In this document: positions 1 to 9,400 of the stretch, piece after piece
Numbering within the stretch: position 1 is the first letter of the stretch
Layout of the letters: every line of letters starts with the position of its first letter
Source of the DNA: a virus
IMG/VR virus record: IMGVR_UViG_3300021960_000027
Span: 32,001-96,000 of that record
Strand: one strand, 5' to 3'
DNA length: 64,000 nt
Made by a program: the position numbers and the translations under genes
The notes under the pieces: generated by a model
The model's input: the letters and a program-made list of their open reading frames with translations, nothing else
Databases searched by the model: none
Told to the model about the DNA's origin: nothing

Positions 1-369
1 GGCTACGAGGCGTACAGAGAGTTCATTGATTGGATGGCTTTGTACATGAGTGCCATTACTGAGCCTGCCTACTCTTCTCCTTCAGCACTAGAACTAGATG
101 TTCCATCTCAAAATTTTAAGAAAAGTGGTTTTCCTAAATTCGCAGTCGATTACGGTGATTCGTTTGGGAAGTTTATTTACACATGTCGTGTAGCACTTTC
201 ATCTGCCTCAGACCCAATCAATCCGTATCTTGAAGCATCTAAATACGTTGCTCCCAAGAACGATGTTCAGGCAAAGTATTTTTATCCTGCTGGAACGCAA
301 AGCGGAACCATAGTTTATGACCCAACTGTTCCCTACTATCCGTGGGACTGGGGAATCGGACCGCAATAA
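1..369 (+). CDS. Tail/baseplate-region protein, 5'-truncated by window edge
   Basis: Frame is open from base 1; stop overlaps the next start (TAATG at 367-371); precedes baseplate hub gene. Confidence 0.55.
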   Translation, partial: GYEAYREFIDWMALYMSAITEPAYSSPSALELDVPSQNFKKSGFPKFAVDYGDSFGKFIYTCRVALSSASDPINPYLEASKYVAPKNDVQAKYFYPAGTQSGTIVYDPTVPYYPWDWGIGPQ

Positions 370-2909
370 TGGCAGACCTAATTTATACCCCCGGAATTAG
401 TGTCATTATTGATAGTGCTTATTACGGCATTATTGATGTCTCTGACGACATTGTGGATGCAAATTTAAGCCTGAACGAGAATAGACCACACTCATTTAGG
501 GTAACGCTCTCCAATACTCGTAGGAAATACGACTCTTCTTTTGCCCCCGGCGACAGAATTTCTGTCAGGATGAAAAGGGTTCAATGGGTTCAGGTGTTTA
601 GCGGATATCTGACTGTAACACCATACTTCAGTGCATTTCCTAAGCCCGTCACTCTTGAAGCAGAATGCACTCTCAGAAATTTAAAAAACTTTTTGTGGGA
701 TTCTGCTTCCGTAAAATCGATGGATTTTATTAATCAGATAATTAATGAAGACCCTCAAAATGAAGCAAATATTCCAAAAGTTGTTAAGGAGTTGATGCAC
801 AGAGTTGCAGGTTGGAAAAGGGATAAAACCCATATTGGAAAGATTCCAGAAGACTGGGCAAAGAAGTTTGACCGGATTTATGCTTCTTTGGCAGAAGCGG
901 CAGATGCTCGCGGAGCCTCACGATCTATTGGAACTGGAGGCGACATTGGCGACACAACCGCAGGCAATGTCCCATCGCTATTCACAGATAACGCAATCCT
1001 AAATGACAATCTTGTTTGGTCGAACAGCGACATGGACATTGTGCTGTCAACGATCAGATACTTGGAATCTAGGGGTGATTACACGGCACAGGCTCGTTCT
1101 GCCTCTGCATCTGGTGCCTATCAATTTGTTGACTCAACGTGGAACAACTACGGTGGGTATGTTCACGCTAAAGATGCGCCACCTTCTGTTCAAGACGAAA
1201 AGGCTCGCCAACACATCTTAGACATCGTTGAACAGCGAGGATGGACACTGTTAGCCATACCTTACACTTGGTATTATCCCGCTGTTTTTCGTGATGCCAG
1301 TTGGCTGGACAAGGTTCCGTATCCAGAAGGTAACTCTCTTACTGTTCGTGAATATGGCGCACGATGGATTGAACAGTACAAAAAGGAATACAAAGAAGCG
1401 ACTGGCAGGAATGTCACTCCCCCCGTAGGTGAAACTGGACCGAACTTTAACCGTGGTAGGGGAGGAAGTACAAATCGGGCGAGCAGTAGTGGCACTGTAA
1501 ATACGGTAAGTACCGCAAGGGGGGTTCTTTATCCTATTCCTGAAGGAGTAACGCGACTCACTAACGCAACCTCTTCTTGGGGAGGTTTTTCAAACGGCAA
1601 AATTCCGTCCAGCGCATTGAGATATTCTTCTTCTGGAGCGTACGACTCTGGTGCATTTCAGGTCGCTGGTGAAGCGTATGAGTTAATGTATGAGGCCGCG
1701 CTAGCACAGGGCTTAGACATTCAGGCATCTTGTTATAGGTCATTTGAAAACCAGCAGAAACTTTACGATGTCAATCCAGACTTTTCTGCTACGCCGGGAA
1801 CCTCAAACCACGGATGGGGGCTGGCGTTTGACATTGGAGAACTTGTTTCCCGTTACAGCACAAAGTACAACGGGTATGACAAGGCACAGATGTTCCAGAC
1901 CCCCGAGTATCTTTGGCTAAAACAAAATGCATACAAATATGGGTTTGGTCATCCAACTTGGGCGCAAGAGGGTGGTAGTCGACCAGAGCCTTGGCACTGG
2001 GAGTTCTTTGCGTTTTCAAATTACAGAAACGGTGATCCCCCAGAGGGAACTGCCGGTGTAAATCCATTTACTGGTTTAACCGACGAGTTTTTTGGGACAG
2101 CGTCTGGAAGTGCTTATGACGCGCTACAGAATTTTTTCTACTTGCAAGGGGAGGCCGAGCAAGAACAGGCTGAACTACTGAGCGGTCCACTTGCCCTTGC
2201 AAACGATGAACCCCTTCTTTCAATCATTGAAAGGTTTTTAAAAGCAAGCGGAAGAAATTTCTGTAGTGCCCCAAACGGAGACTTCATCGCTTGGTTCCCC
2301 GACTACTTTTTTGAGTACGGTGTTTCTGGAGCGATGGACGTTCAATTAATTGAATTAATGGACTTTACTGTTTCTTGGTCTGACGACACCCTTATTACCC
2401 ACCAGTATGTGACTGGAGTTTTGCTAAACAGCGATATTGGGAACACGCCATCTGGGAGTGTGTACAAGTCTCTTTTAGACACACACGGTGTTGTCACTAT
2501 TGATACCGCAGGAATGCTTACCGCGATTATCGGTGACTTAAGTGGAAGCAACTTCCCGTGGATGTCGAACCCAGAAGAAATTTTGGCTCGCTTTGGTGCG
2601 CGTGTGAGCAATGAAAAAATTGGAACTATTGTCGGCGGTGAACAAGAGTTTTGGTATGCCGTCAACAAATTCCAACGGGCGTGGGCGGGTCAATTTACAT
2701 GCTCTGCTCCAACAACATTTATGCCAGAACTTTTCCCCGGCATGGCGTTGAGAATCCCAGAACTTGGTGTTCAGTTTTACATCTCAAGCGTTTCCCACAG
2801 CATTGACATGAACGGCGGGTTCAGAACGAATGCGACACTGATGGCTCCAAGTCGGATTGGGGAAGGTGGCATTTTTATGTTGCCGAAAGGGGGTTCTTCT
2901 GATGGCTAG
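369..2909 (+). CDS. Baseplate hub / tail-associated lysin with internal lysozyme-like transglycosylase and M15 (VanY-like) peptidase domains
   Basis: ESRGDY..ASGAYQF..STW..APPSVQD (Rpf/SLT-like lysozyme); YRSFENQ..PGTSNHGWGLAFDI..EPWHWEF (M15 Zn peptidase); hub-like C-terminus FMPELFPGM..FYISSVSH; start taken at TAATG overlap. Confidence 0.8.
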   Translation: MADLIYTPGISVIIDSAYYGIIDVSDDIVDANLSLNENRPHSFRVTLSNTRRKYDSSFAPGDRISVRMKRVQWVQVFSGYLTVTPYFSAFPKPVTLEAECTLRNLKNFLWDSASVKSMDFINQIINEDPQNEANIPKVVKELMHRVAGWKRDKTHIGKIPEDWAKKFDRIYASLAEAADARGASRSIGTGGDIGDTTAGNVPSLFTDNAILNDNLVWSNSDMDIVLSTIRYLESRGDYTAQARSASASGAYQFVDSTWNNYGGYVHAKDAPPSVQDEKARQHILDIVEQRGWTLLAIPYTWYYPAVFRDASWLDKVPYPEGNSLTVREYGARWIEQYKKEYKEATGRNVTPPVGETGPNFNRGRGGSTNRASSSGTVNTVSTARGVLYPIPEGVTRLTNATSSWGGFSNGKIPSSALRYSSSGAYDSGAFQVAGEAYELMYEAALAQGLDIQASCYRSFENQQKLYDVNPDFSATPGTSNHGWGLAFDIGELVSRYSTKYNGYDKAQMFQTPEYLWLKQNAYKYGFGHPTWAQEGGSRPEPWHWEFFAFSNYRNGDPPEGTAGVNPFTGLTDEFFGTASGSAYDALQNFFYLQGEAEQEQAELLSGPLALANDEPLLSIIERFLKASGRNFCSAPNGDFIAWFPDYFFEYGVSGAMDVQLIELMDFTVSWSDDTLITHQYVTGVLLNSDIGNTPSGSVYKSLLDTHGVVTIDTAGMLTAIIGDLSGSNFPWMSNPEEILARFGARVSNEKIGTIVGGEQEFWYAVNKFQRAWAGQFTCSAPTTFMPELFPGMALRIPELGVQFYISSVSHSIDMNGGFRTNATLMAPSRIGEGGIFMLPKGGSSDG

Positions 2910-3489
2910 GCGATTTCAAAATTCATCCCAACCACTATCTCCGTCAATGGCAAGTTCAAAAATCGTTTTTGTTTCTTCAGTCGACCGTGGGTCTTATCTG
3001 GAAAAGAAAAATCGGGTTTCAGTTATCGATGTTGCATCTGGAGCAACGTTAATTGTTCCCCTCAGTCGTTCATCAAGGTTTTTCCCACGGGAGGGTGAGG
3101 TTTGGCTAATTGAGCGGTCAGAAGGAGGATGGCGATTTAATTCGATGGTTGGTGATCGAAGAAATCCAGTTGTTTCTAATTGGCTTCAGACTGGAGATTT
3201 TTTAGAAGAGTCAGGATTGTTGACTCATTCAATATTTGCGGGAAACTCTTCGTTTAACCATCCGCAGTCTAAGTCTGGTGGTTACATCGGAGAGATTAGA
3301 ACTATTTCTTACACAGTTTCTTTACCCCCCGATGGGTGGCTTCTGTGTAATGGTGCCACCTACTACAAGTGGTGGTATCCAGTTTTGTATTCGGTTATCA
3401 ACAACTATTACGGGGTTTCAACCGACGCGACATTTAGCGTTCCGTCCTTTGGTAGTTCAACTGTCAAGTACATCATTTGTGCTTATTAA
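2902..3489 (+). CDS. Baseplate spike-like protein with C-terminal tail-collar domain
   Basis: IGEIR..PPDGWLLCNGATY..YPVLYSVI..YG..TFSVP tail-collar signature; lies between hub and gp25-like gene. Confidence 0.65.
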   Translation: MARRFQNSSQPLSPSMASSKIVFVSSVDRGSYLEKKNRVSVIDVASGATLIVPLSRSSRFFPREGEVWLIERSEGGWRFNSMVGDRRNPVVSNWLQTGDFLEESGLLTHSIFAGNSSFNHPQSKSGGYIGEIRTISYTVSLPPDGWLLCNGATYYKWWYPVLYSVINNYYGVSTDATFSVPSFGSSTVKYIICAY

Positions 3490-3497
3490 GGAGAGAG

Positions 3498-3932
3498 ATG
3501 AAGACGTTTGCTCTTGAATCCGGTGACCTAGTTGTATCTAACGGTTCTTATATGACTGTCTCTGGCGCGCAACGAATGCAACAGCAAATCGGACTCTCTC
3601 TGATGGAGCCGACCGGCATAGATCGATTTCACCCTCAGTGGGGTTCGATTCTTGACCAACTCATTGGTACTTCTATGACATCTGACATTACAGAGCGAGT
3701 AAAAACTGAAGTTTACCGAGTCATAAAAAACATTGCCGCGCTTCAAAACTCGGCAATCCAGCGAAGTGCAACTGTTGGGTCAAAGCCACAAGTAACTCCT
3801 GATGAACTCATCACTGGGGTTACTGGGGTTTCTGTCGAACAAGTCCGTGACGCAATCAACGTAAAAATTTCTCTTTCAACTGCTGGACGAGAAACCGTAA
3901 CTGTCAATACTTCTATTGACGGAGGAATCTGA
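3498..3932 (+). CDS. Baseplate wedge subunit, gp25/GPW-like
   Basis: GDLV..RFHPQWGS..LIG pattern; size; AGGAG RBS; precedes baseplate J. Confidence 0.75.
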   Translation: MKTFALESGDLVVSNGSYMTVSGAQRMQQQIGLSLMEPTGIDRFHPQWGSILDQLIGTSMTSDITERVKTEVYRVIKNIAALQNSAIQRSATVGSKPQVTPDELITGVTGVSVEQVRDAINVKISLSTAGRETVTVNTSIDGGI

Positions 3933-3933
3933 A

Positions 3934-6459
3934 ATGCCTACTCCATCTGACATTGTTTCCCAAATGCGAACATCGCTTTCGATTAGCGAACCTGATTTGG
4001 ATACGTCCATTGGGACACCGATTAGAAAGATTCTTGATGTTGTCGGAGAGGCAATCGCAGAGGCGTACATTGACAGTTACCTAACTTCGTATCAATATGA
4101 CATTGATGCTCGCTCAGGCTCTGACCTAGATAGTTTTGTCTCACTGTTCGGATTTTCCCGACAGCAGGCGCGTAGGTCAACGGGAACTGTTGTGCTACAG
4201 CGTAACTCACCTGCCGAATCAGCGTTTTTGATTCCTGTTGGGACGCAGTTCGCTACTTCGACCTCGCCGGTTTACGTTGTTCAAACATTGTCTGCAAACG
4301 TATTTCCTCAGGGTGCGACAAGCATTTCGGTAACCGTGCAGGCATCTGTTGCTGGTGCTACCGGCAACATCACGGCGAACTCTTTGACCAGAAGCGTGAC
4401 GAGTCTTTCTGGTATTACCGCTCTCACAAACCCAGCACCATTGTCTGGTGGTTCTGACGCTGAGTCCGATGAGCAGTTGCGCGATCGCTTTAAGAAGTCA
4501 GTGTTCCGCAACCTTTCTGGAACCGAAGACATGTTTTTGGGTGTTGCCCTTGACGATGAGGACACGATTGCCGCGACCGTTATCGGACCATCTGAAAATT
4601 GGACGGAACAAATTGAAATGGTTTCTGGCGTTGCAACTTCTATCGCGGCTCCAGTTCTTGCAAAGTACAAACTTCAAAATGTCAACAGTGTCGTTACCGG
4701 AACGGTCAATCTTGTTACAGCAGATCACGTTTTGTCTGTTGGGGATACCGTTCGTATCTATGGCATAACCTCAACTAATAGTTCGGATGTATTGCCCAAT
4801 GGTTCTTGGATTATTAGAGATGTTGGTGGTGGGGCAGGAACTGAGGCTGATATTTACTTGCAATCGCTAGATGGCGAAACTGTATGGTATGAAACGCTGG
4901 CTGGAACAATCGGTGTTGCTGATGCGTATTTGGAGAAACTTGACCGGATTAAATACATTTACCCAAGTGGATATGCATTTGGTGCCGACCTTAAGGGCGG
5001 GGATTTTTTGACCCCAAACGTGCATTATCAGTTTGATTACACGGCGGTTCCCCCGACTGTTACCAGTTTAGATTCCGACAACTGCCCAGATGGTATCTAC
5101 GAACTTTCATTTAACTATGTCCCCCAATCTTCGCGAAGCAATCCCCCTCAGGGGATTAGTAACACGGTAGACATTTACGTTTCTGGACAGCGTTCTGTTC
5201 AAGGTACTGAAATTGCAATTATTGACGGACGGGTGGTTGCGGAACTTCCATCTGAAACCAACTCATACAAGAATTTCACTAGAAACGATGGTTCGTTTGC
5301 TGAAGCGGGAAATGCGATTGCTCGCCTTTCCTTCCAGCCAACCATTAATCTTCCAAGCACACTGACTGTTCACTCTTCAACCTTGCAGTTAAACACAGAT
5401 TATTGGGCTGTTTCTGACCGAACCGTGACTTCTGGAGCATGGGATTCTTTTGGTGGAATTGAGTTTAGTGCAAGTTCTCTGCCGTTATCAGCAGAAATTT
5501 CTTCATCAACTAACGCATCTCCGATTGTTATCACCACCAATGCCTCTCATACATTTTTAACAGGAATGCGAGTTTTGGTAGAGAACCATGACAACACGGG
5601 AGCGAATGGAATTTTTACTGTCCAAGCGGTAACAAGTACAACCATCACCCTTGCTGATTCAACGGGAACTGGAACTGGAACTGCAACAGGGAACGTTTAT
5701 TTGTATCAGCCAGTAACGGTTCAGTATGACTACAACGAGATTCCGCGTGATGTTCAGTCAGAGGCAGAGTCTTGGCGAATGATTACTACAGACGTAATGG
5801 TTCACTACGGCAATCCGATTCTGTTAAAAATGAATCTTGCTGTCATTCTTCGTCCCGGCTATTCACTGTCTAGTGTTCAAAGCGCAGTTGAAAACAGCAT
5901 TAATACATATCTTGATAGCCTTGAATTTGGCGGTCAGGCTCAGATAAGTGACTTACTGAATGTGATAGGTGACGTTACCGGAATTGATGCAGTACGAATT
6001 CTTTCTTCTAGGGATGTAGATTCACTGCCCATTTCTTCCGTTGACGGAAACACATCAAGTCTTCTCAACACTGGAACTATCGACATTACTTTTTCTTCTG
6101 CCCACGGACTCAGTGAAGGAGACACCGTTTATGTCTCAGAAGCACTTTTTAACTACAACGCTGGTGGGTCTTACTATCCGATTGACGGAGCATGGGTTGT
6201 TGAATCTGTACCCGACAGCGTAACTATTCGCATGTCTGGAGACATTGGCATTTATGGTTATTTAAGTGGTGGAACGGTTTACACCGAAGACTTTGGTATC
6301 CAGCGAATGAACATAGATGGCTCTCCATCTAAAGTTCTTTATGTTACAGAAGATGCCCCTCATCGTGCCACTGACATTTTGTCTAACGGTAGAGAGTTCT
6401 TTGACCTTCACTCCGTGGTAATGACTGTGAAAGCGGCCAATACTTGGGGGAGCGCGTGA
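3934..6459 (+). CDS. Baseplate J-like wedge protein with inserted beta-rich repeats
   Basis: G..LD.FV.LFGFSR..A..STG.V; IPVGTQF; GATGNI.AN; GGSDAESDEQLRDR signature. Confidence 0.85.
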   Translation: MPTPSDIVSQMRTSLSISEPDLDTSIGTPIRKILDVVGEAIAEAYIDSYLTSYQYDIDARSGSDLDSFVSLFGFSRQQARRSTGTVVLQRNSPAESAFLIPVGTQFATSTSPVYVVQTLSANVFPQGATSISVTVQASVAGATGNITANSLTRSVTSLSGITALTNPAPLSGGSDAESDEQLRDRFKKSVFRNLSGTEDMFLGVALDDEDTIAATVIGPSENWTEQIEMVSGVATSIAAPVLAKYKLQNVNSVVTGTVNLVTADHVLSVGDTVRIYGITSTNSSDVLPNGSWIIRDVGGGAGTEADIYLQSLDGETVWYETLAGTIGVADAYLEKLDRIKYIYPSGYAFGADLKGGDFLTPNVHYQFDYTAVPPTVTSLDSDNCPDGIYELSFNYVPQSSRSNPPQGISNTVDIYVSGQRSVQGTEIAIIDGRVVAELPSETNSYKNFTRNDGSFAEAGNAIARLSFQPTINLPSTLTVHSSTLQLNTDYWAVSDRTVTSGAWDSFGGIEFSASSLPLSAEISSSTNASPIVITTNASHTFLTGMRVLVENHDNTGANGIFTVQAVTSTTITLADSTGTGTGTATGNVYLYQPVTVQYDYNEIPRDVQSEAESWRMITTDVMVHYGNPILLKMNLAVILRPGYSLSSVQSAVENSINTYLDSLEFGGQAQISDLLNVIGDVTGIDAVRILSSRDVDSLPISSVDGNTSSLLNTGTIDITFSSAHGLSEGDTVYVSEALFNYNAGGSYYPIDGAWVVESVPDSVTIRMSGDIGIYGYLSGGTVYTEDFGIQRMNIDGSPSKVLYVTEDAPHRATDILSNGREFFDLHSVVMTVKAANTWGSA

Positions 6460-9400
6460 GTGACTTAATCCGTTACCAAACGGGCAATCAGGCTTCTCCC
6501 ACTCCAGTTGGGTTTACTGAAGTAACTAATCCACTACATCCAGCGCAAAGAATCGCTTCTCGCCTCGCGCATTTTCCAGAAAACTATAACCTGAACGCAG
6601 AATCTCACCTCAGCAAGTTGCTCAAGGTTCTTCTGGGAGATAGCGGTGTGGGTTCACTACACAAGCGAATGATGTTGACTCGCCTTCAATCGCATCTTGG
6701 TTCAACCCACTTGTTTGACCTTGATGCTTTTTACGGATCAATTTTTGGCGCATACCGACGTTCTGATGAAGACATATTGGTTGACCCAATGCTTGAGGCT
6801 CAGTCTCCAGCACAATGGGATCAAACTGTTATTCGTGATGCTTCCTATCGAAGCCGAGTAGAGCAATTTGCTAAGGCAGTAAACCTTGGGGCAACAAAGG
6901 ATGGCATTGAGGTTGCCGCGGAAGCACTGCTTGGCGTTGATGTTGAAGTTCGTGAGTCTTGGATTATCGATGACCTCATCACCAATAGGTGGAGTTCTCT
7001 TGATGGAATAAATTATTCAGTTCTAAGCGAAAATACTTATCGCCAACATGAATCATCTGCTCCGCTCTATTCGCTGTCAGCAATTCGCACTACCGGACCG
7101 ATTAAGAATCGCCATCAAATTCGTATTTTCCCAAAGAGAAAACTTTCACTTGAGGAACGTTGGGACACAGCACGGGTTTTGGATCGTATCAAGCCAGCAG
7201 GTTCAGTGGTTGAAATTGATGATTCCGGCTTTGATGCTTACTCCGATGTTCGCATCGCCTCTGTTGTTTCTGATAGCGAACACTGGAAGATAAGGACTCT
7301 TATCTCTAATTCGCTAATCGATGGAATCAATTTGTACGACGAATTGAGTGATTCGTCTGGAGAATACTCTGAGAAGCCGTACACCCCGTGGGGGGAATAC
7401 CAAGGCGAGGCGTGGTCGTACATTACTAATGCCCCAACTGCGGTTGCGTTTACTGCTAATTCCGATTTTTCTGACTCAGAAAGGGTCGATCCTTCTTCCA
7501 GCGCATTGACCGTTCAGCGGAGCATTACAGCATCTGGAACAATTAACTTTTTGCCAGAATATTCTCTTTTGCCGATTCAAAGCCTTCTTTCTGGCAGATC
7601 AGTTTCAGAGGGAGTATCTGCTTCAAACCCATATTCTGGCCTAAGAAACTCTTCTGGTTCCTCAACTGCCCCCTCTGTTTTAATTGATGGAGCAAAATCA
7701 AGTGCATTAAGCAAGGTTGCTCCGCTTAAAGAATCAATCAATAAATTGGGGGCACGATTCTGGGTTACGCCAGACAGGGACTGGTGGGACACTGCACGCG
7801 ACGCACTAGAGATTCGTTTTGCAAACCCTGAATGGGTTAACTACATCGATGGTTATGTATCAAAATTCCCGTCGAATTTTAAGGTTCAGGCGTGGGACGA
7901 AATTGAGGGAACTTGGCGAACTGTTCTGACTCGCAGAATTGTAGATTCAAACCCATCTTCTGTATTTAGCCTTCCGCACGAAGGTGAGTCGGGTGAGCAT
8001 TCAAGTTATCCAGAACACTGGCGCAGAATTAATATCAAAATTTCGCCCGTTTACACATCGCACGTTCGCATCGTGTTTTCCCGTTTTGGAGAGTTTGTGA
8101 ACGGCTATCCTCACATTACTCAAATTACTGGGACTGAGTATGGTGTATGGAAAATTGAAGGCTCTGTCCACAAAGTCCTTGTCAGCATGGATGAAAATCT
8201 TTCAATTTCTGCGCTGGAAGATAAGTACCTTTCAGGTGGGGCACTGGTCAATCCAGAGGCAGAGAAAACTCGCCTGAAGGATTTTTCCCGTCAAATATGT
8301 CGCCCACCAAAAAACAGGGGAGGGGACAACGTTGCATATTCGCTGGCAGTTAAAAATGTAGATATTGGTTTCCGATTGGCATCACTAAACGATGTCCCAT
8401 TTTCGTTCACCAACTTGAACGCCCCCGTTGCCACAGTCAAAAACATTGCAGGTCAATCGGTTAATCATTACATTGAGCGTTACCCAGCCAAAAACATTCT
8501 TTCCAATGCGGGAACATTTTGGAAGTGTTCCCCGCAGATTTCTGGTAACGCTATTGCCAACCTTTATTTAGATGTTCGGGATATTGACGGGAACGCCCAG
8601 ACAGTTTCCGCATTTGACGTTGACCCAATTACCGTTGGGGCGACGGTCAACATTTACTACAGCAACACTGAAGAGAACATTGACTTCACCAATGGTGTTC
8701 CAGACGACTCCAATATTGATCCACTATTTGTCCACGGCAACATTCTTCCCCCTCTTGAGGGCGAGCCATTTACATTCCCAATAACAGATAATGCTTGGAT
8801 TGATGTAAGCAACAGTGGAACTCAGTGGAATCCGACCACACAAAGTTGGTGGTCTGGAGTTCAGTTTGTTGCTCAAGCAGATTCGACAGCGTTTACCGAC
8901 TCAACCCCGTGGACGGCAGGAACTGGGTATTCGTCTTGGCTGGGAGAGGTTGGAACAGCAATTTCCTCTGGCTCAATCATATTTAGAGTCAACGATGTTT
9001 CTGCTTCGGGTTCAATAACTTTTTCTGAGGGTGACACCGTCACGTTTACCACAACATGTGTTGTTGGTTCCGGTAGTGAAATTAGCCTGACTCTGCGCTA
9101 TTCGGTTAATGACGGCGAAGCCACTGTTGTCACATCTTCAGGAACTTCATCACTGAACTTGTCGCCATCTTTTATTAGATTCGGGCATTCATCGAATGAC
9201 GATCTGTTAGATGCCCCGTTCCCAGCAACACTCAATCATTTCTGCCTGCAATATGGAACCGCTCCAGCAGAGTTTTTGAACACGCCAAGTCTTTGGACTC
9301 GCAACGTGATCGGATCAGATAACTTTTTCGATAACGACAACCCGTCCAGCAACATTTTGGGTTCTCTCATTCGTTTGTCTGGGGCAAACGTTTCTGATAC

